From an uncultured Candidatus Peribacteria bacterium (GTDB taxonomy: Bacteria; Patescibacteriota; Gracilibacteria; Peribacterales; Peribacteraceae), in contig CAZHQF010000004.1 of assembly GCA_964534205.1 (NCBI GenBank), positions 109,436 to 173,435 on the forward strand: a DNA stretch of 64,000 nt, given 5' to 3'. A program made the translations under genes and the position numbers. Position 1 is the stretch's first letter. Every line of letters begins with the position of its first letter. Positions 15,063 through 27,000 of this stretch are shown here, one piece after another. The notes beneath the pieces are model-generated. The model had not been told where the DNA came from, did not search any database, and saw nothing but the letters and a program-made list of their open reading frames with translations.

Positions 15063-18000
15063 TCAGGGAGTTACGGGGACGGACTCCTGGGGTGCAGGCG
15101 GTGCAGCCTCGACCGGCTCATCGGTAGCAGACGGTGTTTCCTCCGGGAGAGCAGGCTCTTCCACCGGCTCGTCCCCCGAAGGTTCAACGGAGGGGGATGC
15201 TTCGGGCTCAAGGACGGGTTCCTCTGCAGGAGGAAGATCGGCAGGAACATCCGACGGTGTCTCCTCCGGAGGAGGTGTGTCCGACGGTGTCTCACTCGGA
15301 GGTTCCGTCACCGGTTCCTCCAAAGGAGTCTCCTCAGGAGCCGGCTCCGTGATCTCCTCACTCATTGTCTCCTCCACTCGTGAGTACCCGTCCGGGAGGA
15401 CGAGGAGCGGCGGCGTGGTCTGGGTGTTCCAGGTGAATTCAATCGAGAGATCCGGATGCGTCCAGACATAGTCCTCGTGATACCGGCTGCAGGAGAGCGG
15501 GTTCCCGTCGGCATCCAGCGTCACCTGGTTTCTGATACACGCGTTCCAGACCGCGTTACTGGAGAGCGGAACGCCGGAGGCATCGACCGGGAAGGCGATA
15601 CCCACTGAGGAGGACGAGGAAGAGGACGACGTGAGGGCGGACGGATCGAAGGTGAAGGCACCGAGTGCATGCCAGGAGAAGGTGATGTCCTCCGTGGCCG
15701 GAGCGGCAAGACGGATAGTGAAGCCCGTCATGGTGGCGTTGGAGACGGCATAGAGCACCGGCACATCCGGCGAGGCGGTGACGATGGGCTGTACGGTCGT
15801 GGGCGGATCGAAGGTGATGGTGACAGAGGTACCGGACATCGGGATCTTCGCCATGCCTGCCTGGCGATCGCTCACCTGGAGCTCACCGTGCACCTGCACG
15901 TCACCGAGGAACTGTGCGAGGCCTTCAATGGTGACGGGGCCGAGGACATGCAGCGCATTCCTGACGACGAGGGTGCTGAAGTCGACGGTGGAACCCGAAG
16001 CGAATCCGAGTGTCGCGCCGGAGGCGAGTTCCAGCGAGCCCTGGATCGTGAGCACTCCGCCGATCGTGGCACCGGAGGAGACGGTGAGCGTATCGGCATC
16101 GAGGGAGGACGCGGTGAGCGCGCCGTCGATCGTGACGATGCCCGGGATGAAGAGGCTCGAAACCCTGAGCGTGCCATCGAGCTCCAGATCTCCGGCGATG
16201 CGGGCGTTACTGCCGACGATCAGCGTGTCTTCCACATTGAGCGTGGAGGCGACCAGGTCCGCACTGGTTGTTCCTGTGCCAGCTGAGGAGCCTCCGAGAG
16301 AGGTTTCGAGCTGCGAGATGCGGGCTGCGAGAGCGTTCAGCGCACTGTCGCCGGCAACGGTGACCGTGCCGCCGGAGAGGGAATCGATGCGCGCGTTGAG
16401 AGCGGCAAGGCGCTCCTCGATGGATTGCACGTTGAGAGCGGATACCTGGCGGCTCACTTCCTCGCTGATCGGCTGCATCAGCGTGCCGGACGCGGAGAAC
16501 TGCGCCACGGCCTGCTGGAGCGAAAGCTCGAGCTCATCCTGGATCTTGAGATCCTGGACGGTCTGGAGGACGCGCTCGGAAACGGCTTCGGTGGTGAGGC
16601 TCTGGTTGCGGCGCGAGATGAGCACCTGAATGGTCCCCGTGGTGCCCGTGTTCCCGGTGAGACCCGTGAGCGCGACACCCACCGTGGACTCCCCTGCCAT
16701 CGCCTTGCGGACGTACCCGGACAGCGCGGCGGCGGTGAGACTGTCACCCGGACGGATGACGGAACCCGAGGCGATGACGGCCTTTGCCGGGACCTGACCG
16801 ATAAGACCGACAAGGACGGTGCCGGGAACGGGAACGCCGTCTGCACCGGACATCACGTTACCCACGAAGGACGGGTTGGTGGAGACGATACCGATCACGT
16901 CCGGATCGCCGTCGCCGCGGCACTTGCGCACGCTGTTCTCACGCGTGACATCGATACACACCGCATCACCCGGCACCAGATCGGTGTCGGCGGTGCGGAA
17001 CCACTCGGCGTAGTCGGCACCGGTACCGTTGTAGCTGCCGTCCGAGTACACAGTGCCGTCCGCACGGATACTGAAGACGGGATTATTGGCCGACGTGACG
17101 TTGCTCATGATGCGGAAGGCGTTCACGGCCGAGTCCGTGGTGCCCGTGGTGAGCAGCAGGGCTCCGGAGTTGGCGTTGACCCTGAGCGCATAGGAGAGCG
17201 AGCCGCTCGCGGTGATGGAGGCTCCGCCGACGACATTCATGCCCTGGCCCACCGTGAGCGCGCCGCGGATATCGGTATCGTTGAACACCTGGAGATTCTC
17301 GCGGAAGAGACCGGTGCCTGCCTCAAAACCGCCCACGCCGAGCTGATGGATGTACGTGCCGAAGGCGTTGAGGACGTGCAGTTTGCTGTTGGAGGTATCC
17401 GTCAGATATGCATGCTGACCGAGAACGAACAGCGCACGGGGTACGGACAAACTCGTGGACTCACTATCGACGAAGCTGACCGACGCGGGATTGCTGACGT
17501 CGTATACTCCCAATGTGCCGCCAAGGTTGGTGACGTACATGTATTCGCCCTGCACATACACGGACTCGGGATCACTCATGTTGCTCGTCGTGGTGCTGAT
17601 GTGGACCGGATACGCCGGGTTACTGATATCGTAAATGCTGACGCCGTCATTTCCCTGTGCTGCGATGTATGCGTAGCGGCCCTGGACGTAAATGCCCGTC
17701 GGCAAAGAGGTAAAATTCGTACCGCTCGAAACATACGTGGGCGCGGCGGGATCGCTGACATCGAAGACGTACATGGCGTTGGCTTCGACATCTGCGACGT
17801 AGGCGTAGCGGCCCTGGACGTAAATCGCGTACGGATCGGCGAGGTTGGTGCTGACGACACCGACCCTGATGGGATTTTTGGGGTTGCTGACATCGATGAC
17901 ATTCAGCGTGTCATTGTTGGACACAACGTATGCATACCGGCCCTGGACGTACACGTCTCTGAGAAGACCGGCGAGCGTGACTGAACCTACACTGGTTATG

Positions 18001-21000
18001 CGAGCCGGGTTGGAAACATCCATGATCGTGAGGATGGAAGTATCCTGGTTGGTGACGTACGCGTAACGGCCCTGGACGTAGACGGCCTCGGGCGTAAAGA
18101 GACCGGTGCTGATGCTGAAGATCTGCACCGGATCAGCGGGGTCGCTGACATCAAATGCGTTGAGGGTATGAGCGTAAAGATCGGTGACGTAGGCATAATT
18201 GCCCTGGACGTAGACATCCGACGGATACGAGAGGGCGAGCGTGCTTGCCGAGGAACCGGCGGAACTGTCGCCGCTGCCGGCATCACCGCCGCTGTACGCC
18301 AGGCTGCCTTCCGTGATCCCGCCGCCGCCGAGGGAGCTGGTGTTGCAGAAAATGTTGCCGGAGCTGTCGGTGGCGAGGACGGAACAGTTCGTGAGCCCGC
18401 TGATCTGCACCGTGCTGTCGAAGAAGGCGATGCCGTCGACCTCCAGCGATTGCTCGATAAAGACATCGCTGTAACCGTCGAGCCCGTGGCCGGCCATGCT
18501 GCTGCCATTGGTCGCAAAGAAGCTGTAGGGCACCAGGTTTGACACGCCGCCGACATGGAGGTTGCCGTTGACATCTAGGGTGGCGTTCGGTGCGCTGGTG
18601 TTGATGCCGACCATTCCCATATCCAGAATGCGCATGCGCTCGGTATTGTTGGTACGGAACGCGAGGTGCGTGCCGTCGGTGGTACCGACGAATTGGGCGG
18701 AGGCGTTGATTCCGCTGTTGCCGGTCAGCGCCCAGAAATCGCCGCCGGCCGAACTGGTGTTGCAGTACACATTGCCCGAAACGTCGGTGGCCAGGAACGA
18801 ACAGCTGGTGATCGCGCTGAACGTCAGCGAGTTATCAAAGAATGCGGCGCTGTCCACCTCGAGAGAACCGGAGATGTAGAGGTCATCGGTGGAATCAAGA
18901 TTGGTCGCAACGGAGGAATCGTTGGTGGTGATCTTGTTGTACGAGGCGGAGGTAGTGGCACCGCCGACGATAAAGGTGTGCCCGAGACGTACGCCGGTAT
19001 CGAAGAAGGCATAGCCGTCGACTTCCAGCGCACCGCCGATATACAGGTCATCCGACGTATTGATCTGGTCGGACGCGGTGTGGCTGGCAACGCTGGAATC
19101 GTTGTTGCTGATCAGGTTATAGCCTGCGTTGCTCGTGGTGGATCCGCCGACGACGAAGGTGCCGCCAAGTTTGAGAAGATTGAGAGAGTCGTTATAGAAG
19201 AAATTGGTGTTGTCTTGAGCGAGAACGCCGGAGGGGCCGAGGAAGAGAACGGAGCCTTGCGTACCCGAACCGACAGCATCACCGATCGAGGCGGCACCGC
19301 CACCGTCCGTGCCGCAGGTGAGCACACCGTTGGCCGTTTCCAGGGCGGTACAGTTGGCGTAGTTGTTAAGGTAGGCAAGGCCATCGACGATGAGGGAACC
19401 GGAAGACCGGAGCGAATCCTGTGCGTGCACGGTGCGTCCGGACGCGGTGCCCCTCACTTCCGCGCCGCCTGCACCGGTGAAGTGGAAGCCATCGGAGGAG
19501 TTGTAGCCCATGACCCCCTCGCTGACGGAGGTACCCATATGGACGCTGGTGCCACTGATGTACAGATCCCTCCAGCGATTGGTGTTGGAACCCAGGTCAT
19601 ACGTGGCATCCGCGGTCGGGACCACGTGACCGGTGATGTATGCACCGGACTGCAGGCGTGTGGTGCTGCGGACGATGAGCGTGCCGGAGCTGCGCAGCTG
19701 ATCCTGAGCATGAACGATTGCTCCGGAGACGGTGGTGAACTCAAGGAGAGAACCGGTGATCGTGGTATTCAGTGTGAAGACGTTGCTCGTAAGTGTCAGG
19801 CCGCGGCCGGCGAAGTATGAGGAACCGTCGTCGGTGCCGCAGGTGATGAGACCGTTGACAGTCTCAAGCGCAGTGCAGTTGGCGTAGTTGTTGAAGTACA
19901 CGGCACCGTCCACGAGGAGGGAACCGGATGCACGGAGCTGATCCTGCGCGTGAATCACCCGGCCGGAGGCGGTGCCGATGATCTCCAGCTTGAGGTTGGT
20001 ATCCACCGTGGAGGAACCGATGTTCACGGATCCGAGCAGGTAACTGTTGCCGGCCATCACCGTGAGTGCCGCACCGGAGAGGGTGCCGCGGGTGGTGAGG
20101 TTGCCCTTCACGAGACCGGTGCTCTGGACCACGAGGGTTCCCGAAGAAGCGAGACGGTCCTGGGCGTGGAGGACACGGCCGGAGGCCATGCCGATGATCT
20201 CCAGGGAGACGCCGGTGTCCGCGGCGGACGATCCGAGGTTTCCGTTTGCATTGATGATCATGGCACCGGAGAGGGCCAGACGGGAACCGGGACTGGCCGT
20301 ACCGAGGCCGAGGCGGTAGTTGGTGGTGTCGGTGTAGAGGAGCGGATACGGACGCGTGGTACGGATGACGAGCGCACCGGAGGATTCCAGCTTGTCCTGC
20401 GCGTGTATCACACGGCCGGAAGCGGTACCGATGACCTCCAGCTTGAGGTTGGTATCCACCGTGGAGGAACCGATGTTGACGGAGCCCAAGAGGTAACTGT
20501 TGCCGGCCATCACCGTGAGTGCCGCACCGGAGAGGGTGCCGCGGGTGGTGAGGTTGCCCTTCACGAGACCCGTGCTCTGGACCACGAGGGTGCCGGAGGA
20601 GGCAAGGCGGTCCTGGGCGTGGAGGACACGGCCGGAGGCCATGCCGATGATCTCGAGTTTGACGTTGGTGTCGATGGCGGTGGACCCGAGGTTGAGGGGA
20701 CCCAGGAAGGAGCTGTTGCCGCTCATGATGGTGAGCGCACCGCCGGAGAGCGTGTTGCGGGCGGAGACGTTGGTATTGGCGTACAGGTTGTTGACGGAGA
20801 TGTTATTGGAGAAGTTGCCGTCGACGCTAAAGATGTTCGACCAGCGGTTGGTGGAGTTGCCGAGTGCGTAGCTGTTGTTGGCGGCGGCGAGGATGCTGGT
20901 ATTGGCCGAACCGTTGAAGGAGATGTTGTCACCGGCGGCGTCACCGAGGGAGACGTTGCCGTTGGCAAAGAGGTTGCCGGAGAAGTTGCCGGTACCGGCA

Positions 21001-24000
21001 TAGAGGCCGTTCCAGCGGTTGGAGGTGTTGCCCAGGTCGTAGGTGACGTTGGCGGCGGGCAGGAGGCTCGTGTTGAACAGACCGTTGGCGGCAATGTTAT
21101 CGGAGGTGGCGTCACCGAGACCCACGTTGCCGTTCATGTTCACGTTGCCGGAGAAGTTGCCGGTGTTGGCGTAGAGGTTGTTCCAGCGGAGAGACGTGTT
21201 ACCCAGGTCATACGTGGCATTGGAGGCGGGGATGAAGTTGGTGCTCACGTTGCCGTTGAAGTATGCGCTGCCGTCGACGATGAGGGAGCCGGAGGAACGG
21301 AGGATGTCCTGGGCGTGGAGGATGCGGCCGGAGGCGACGCCGAGGACTTCAAAGAGGATGCCGGAATCGAGGAAGGCGGTGCCGTTGCCGGAGCGGATGA
21401 TGAGACCGCCGGTCATGGTGTCACCGGAGACGTTCACGTACCTGCTGTCTGCGGTGGTCTGGGAGAGGCCGCCGGCCGAGCCGCAGGAGAGGGCACCGGC
21501 GGAATCGGTCTGGAGGGCAGAGCAGTTGGTGAGGGACTTGAAGGTGACGCCGCTCTGGACCACGAGGGTGCCGGAGGAGGCAAGGCGGTCCTGGGCGTGG
21601 AGGACACGGCCGGAGGCCATGCCGATGATCTCGAGCTTGATGTTGGAATCGTAGTTGGTGGACCCAAGGTTGAGGGGGCCCAGAAACGAGCTGTTGCCCG
21701 CCATGATGGTGAGCGCACTGCCGGAGAGGGTGTTGCGGGCGGAGATGTTGGTCGCCGTGACATTGGTGGCGAAGTTGCCATTCACCGCGTACAGGGTGGC
21801 CCAGCGGTTGGAGCTGTTGCCGAGGTCGTATGAGTTGTTTGCAGCGAGGAGGATGCTGGTGTTCGCAAGACCGTTGAAGGAAACGTTGTCGGCTGCTCCG
21901 TCACCGAGACCCACGTTGCCGTTCATGTTCACGTTGCCGGAGAAGTTGCCGGTGTTGGCGTAGAGGCCGTTCCAGCGGTTGGAGGTGTTGCCCAGGTCGT
22001 ACGTGACGTTGGCGGCGGGCAGGAGACTCGTGTTGAACAGACCGTTGGCGGCAATGTTGTCGGAGGTGGAGTCGCCCAGGGAGATGTTGCCCTGGAGGAA
22101 GGAGTTGCCTTCCACGGCGAGAGCGCCGGAGGAACGCAGGAGGTCCTGCGCATGAACGGTTGCACCGGAGACCGTTGTAAATTCAAGGAGAGAACCGGTG
22201 ATCGTTGTGTTCAGAGTGAAGACGTTGGAACTGACGGTGAGCCCCCTGCCTGCAAGGTAGGTGGTACCGTCGTCAGTGCCACACGTGACAAGGCCGTTGA
22301 CGGTCTCGAGAGAGGTGCAGTTTGCGTAGTTGTTGAAGTACACGGCACCGTCGACGAGGAGGGAGCCGGACGCACGGAGAACATCCTGGGCGTGGAGGAC
22401 GCGGCCGGAGGCGGTGCCGATGATTTCCAGGGCAAGACCTGTATCAGCTGTCATGCCCGTCGTGCCGGTGGAATTAATGATCATGGCGCCGGAAAGCGCG
22501 AGCTTGCTGCCAGGTGCATTGGTATTGATACCAATGTTGTCGGTGGAAGCATCCAAGAAGAACAGGTTGGACTTGGTGTCACCCTCGATGCGGAAGTCAG
22601 TGTTGCCGGCGTCGTTATTGAAGACGATTTCGGACGTACCTAGGTCCATAAGGTTGACTGTCGTGCTGTACGCGTTTGTGGAGTTGTATAGGACAAAAGT
22701 CCCGCTTGCCTCAATGCGCCAGCTGTTATTGCCATTGTTGCGATTGAAATCAATATACGAAGTGTGGCCGTTGGTGCCGTGCAACGTGAGCTTGGGAATC
22801 CCGGTGGATGCGATGGTGAGATCCGACGTCGGAGCGGCTGTCCCGATACCGACGCGCCCATTGGTGACATCGGTATAGAGGACCGGATTTGTCGTAGTAG
22901 AGCGCACGACGAGCGCACCGGAGGCTTCCAGCCTGTCCTGGGCGTGGAGGATGCGGCCGGAGGCGGTGCCGATGATCTCGAGCTTGAGGTTGGAATCAAC
23001 GGTGCTGGAGCCGAGGTTGAGGTTTCCGAGGAGGTAGCTGTTGCCGGCCATCACCGTGAGTGCTGCACCGGAGAGGGTGCCGCGGGTGGTGAGGTTTCCT
23101 TTGATGAGACCAGTGGTATCGACGACGAGTGAGCCGGAGCTCCGTAGCTGGCTGCGGGCATACACCGTCATGCCGGAGAGGGTCTGGAAGTTGACGAGCG
23201 AACCGGTGATCGTGGTGTTGAGACGGAAGCCCGTGCCGGTGAGGGTGAGGCCTTGGCCGGCGCTGTAGGAAGAGCCGTTATCCGTACCGCAGGTCACAAG
23301 ACCGTTGACGGTCTCGAGCGCGGTACAGTTTGCGTAGTTGTTGAGGTACACGACCCCATCGACGAGGAGAGAGCCGGAGGAGCGGAGCTGGTTCTGCGCA
23401 TGGATCGTGCGGCCGGAAGCGGTACCGATGACTTCGAGACCCTCCTGGATGAAGACATCGGCATCGTCGAAGTATCCGGACCAGGCGACGGCCCCCGTGG
23501 CGGTGGCGTAGATGCCGTAGGCCGCCGAGCCGGGGCTGTTGAGGTCTTCGGCCATCGCGGCCCCAAAGTAACCGCCATAGACGAGATCGATACCGTTGCC
23601 GGTCCGGCCCGCCATGGTCATCACGGCGGTGGCGTCGATACCGTAGACCTTGCGGTTCACGGCCGATCCCACGCCCGATGTCGTGGCATCCCCGACATGA
23701 GAGGCGGACACGGAGATGCCCGCCTGAACCATCGTATGCAGAGACCCTTCGTCGACGGAAAGCGTACGCTGGCTATCGCTGTTCACATACAGGCCGTAGT
23801 CTGTGGGGCCGAAATTCGTCGTCGTCACCTCTTCCGGCATGTCCGCATCGATGTACACCCCCGTCAGCCCGCTGTCATAGGTGCCCGGCAGCTGATTCTG
23901 CGTGCTGACGTAGAGCAAGCCGTCGTCCGGCATGGCGGTACCGATGCCGACCCTCTTGTTGGTGGCGTCGTACACGAGACCGTTGGTATCGACCACGAGA

Positions 24001-27000
24001 GTGTTGCCGGTGTTGGTGCCGGAGCGCTTCTTGATGGCGAGCGCGCCGGTCATGGTGTCTCCGGAAACGTTGACGTACCGGGAATCGAAGGATGCGCGCA
24101 GTGATCCGGTGGAAGTGAAGAGCACCCCGTAATCCTCCAGTGAGCTGACATCTCCGCATTCCACGCTTCCGGCATCGTCGGTGATCAGCAGCGGGCAACT
24201 GACAAAGACGGAATCCAGGAGGCGGAATCCGTTCTCGATCGCAAGGTTGTAGATGTAAGCCCCGCTGTTGAGGTACGCGTTACCGTCCACCGCGAGCACT
24301 CCGCTGGAGGCGAGTCTGTTGTTGGCGAAGAGTGTGGAACCGGAGACGGTGGTGAATTCGAGGAGGGAGCCGGTGATGGTGGTGTTCAGGGTGAAGACGT
24401 TGCTCGTGAGGGTGAGGCCGCGGCCGGCGACGTACGACGTTCCGCCATCATCCGTGCCACAGACGATCTGACCGTTGGAAGTTTCCAGAGAGGTGCAGTT
24501 TGCGTAGTTGTTGAAGTACACGGCACCGTCGACGAGGAGGGAGCCGGAGGCGCGGAGCTGATCCTGGGCATGGAGAACACGGCCGGAAGCGGTGCCGATG
24601 ATCTCGAGCTTGAGGTTGGAATCAACGGTGCTGGAGCCGAGGTTGAGGTTTCCGAGGAGGTAGCTGTTGCCGGCCATCACCGTGAGTGCTGCACCGGAGA
24701 GGGTGCCGCGGGTGGTGAGGTTTCCTTTGATGAGACCAGTGGTATCGACGACGAGTGAGCCGGAGCTCCGTAGCTGGCTGCGGGCATACACCGTCATGCC
24801 GGAGAGGGTCTGGAAGTTGACGAGCGAACCGGTGATCGTGGTGTTGAGACGGAAGCCCGTGCCGGTGAGCGTCAGACCCTGCCCTGCCCCGTACTGCGAA
24901 TTGGAGTCGGTGCCGCAGACGAGGTCGCCGTTGGAGTTGGTATCGAGCGTGTTGCAGTTGGTGAGAGCGGTCAGACGGACGGTACCCTGCAGGAAGGAAT
25001 TGCCTTCAACGGCGAGGACACCGGAGGAAGCAAGGCGGTTGTTTGCGGTGACTGTAGAGCCGGAGATGGTCTGGAATGTGAGGGAGGAGCCGGTGATGGT
25101 GGCGTTGAGTCTGAATGACGTTCCGTTGAGCGTCAGGCCCTGGGCGGCGGTGTAGGTGGTGTTGTCGTCGGTGCCGCAGACGAGATCGCCGTCCGCGTCG
25201 GTCTCAAGCGCGGTGCAGCCGAAGAAACTGGCGTTGAGGAGCTTGATCGGGGCGCTGCTGCCTGCATTGATCGTGCCACCGAAGAAGGAGTTGCCTTCGA
25301 CCGCAAGAACTCCGGAGGAGGTGAGACGGTCAGTGGCAGAGACGAGGGAGCCGGAGACAGTGGTGAATTCCAGGAGCGAACCGGTAATTGTCGTGTTGAG
25401 CGTAAAGACACCGGCGGTGAGCGTGAGTCCCCTGCCGGCGAAGTACGACGTTCCGCCATCGTCCGTGCCACAGACAATCTGACCGTTGGAGGTTTCCAGA
25501 GCGGTGCAGTTTGCGTAGTTGTTGAAGTACACGGCACCGTCCACGAGGAGAGAGCCGGAGGAACGGAGCTGATCCTGTACATGAACGATGCGGCCGGAAG
25601 CCGTACCGAGAACCTCGAGGAGAACACCGGCATCGACTGTGACAGTGCCGTTACCGGAGCGGATCGCGAGAGCTCCGGTCATCGTGTCGCCGGAGACGTT
25701 CACGAAACGGTTATCGAAGTAGGTCGTGAGCGAGCCGGTACCGAACGATGCGCCGCCTGCACCCGTATCATCCGTGCCGCAGACAATCTGGCCGTTGGAG
25801 GTCTCAAGCGCGGTACAGTTCTGATAGTTATTGAGGTACACAACGCCGTCCACAAGCAACGAGCCCGACGAGCGGAGACTGTCTTGGGCGTGCAGAACGC
25901 GTCCGGAAGCCGTTCCAAGAACATTCAGACCGCCATCGAGCTGCACGGATCCATCCACCTCCAGTGATCCTTCGATGAAGAGATCGTCGTCGGAATCGAT
26001 GACATCGGTGTGGCTTGCGCTGCCCGAATCGGAAATGATGTTGTAGGCCCGGGCTCCGACACCTCCCACATTATAGGTACCAACGACTGCGATACCGGAA
26101 GCGAAGTTCACGGAGTTGTCGTAGTAACTGATGCCATCGACCTCGATGGTGCCGGCGATGAAGAGATCATCATCGGAATCGAGGCCGCCGCCGCCCGCGT
26201 GGGAGGCCGCGCCGGAATCACTGATGATGTTGTAGACCTGCGAGGCGGCGCCGCCGACATTGAAAGCACCTTCGACCGTGAGGGATCCGGACGACAGAAG
26301 ATTCGTACGCGCAAAGACGCTGGAACCGGAAACCGTCGTGAAATTCACCAGGGAACCGGTGATTGCGCCATTGAGACGGAATGCCGTGCCGTTGAGCGTG
26401 AGGCCCTGAGCCGCCGAGTATGTGGTGCCCTCGTCGGTGCCGCAGACCAGATTGCCGCTGGGATCGGTATCGAGCGAATTACAGTTCGTAAGAGCGGCGA
26501 GGCGGACCGTCCCCTGGAGATACGAGGTGCCTTCCACGGCGAGAACGCCGGAGGACGTGAGGCGGTTGGCGGCGGAGATCGTGGAACCGGAGACTGTCTG
26601 GAACGAGACGAGAGAACCCGTGAGCGTGCCGTTGAGGCGGAAGACGTTTCCGGTGAGACCGATCCCCTGGCCCGCAACGTACGTGGAACCTTCGTCCGTG
26701 CCGCAGCTGAGGTTGCCGTTGGCATCGGTATCGAGCGTGTTGCAGTTCTTGAGTGTGGAGACGGTGAGTGTTGCACCGGAGAGGTTGCCGCGGGTGGTAA
26801 GGTTGCCCTTGAAGAGACCGGTCGTCTGAACGATGAGCGAACCGGAAGAGCGCAGGGTGTTGTTTGCAAACAACGTGGTACCGGACACGGTCTGGAAATT
26901 CACAAGCGAACCGGAAATCGAGGAGGCGAGGCGGAAGCTGTTGGACGTGAGCACGAGGCCCTGGGCGGCGGTGTACGTGGTGCCTTCGTCCGTGCCGCAG

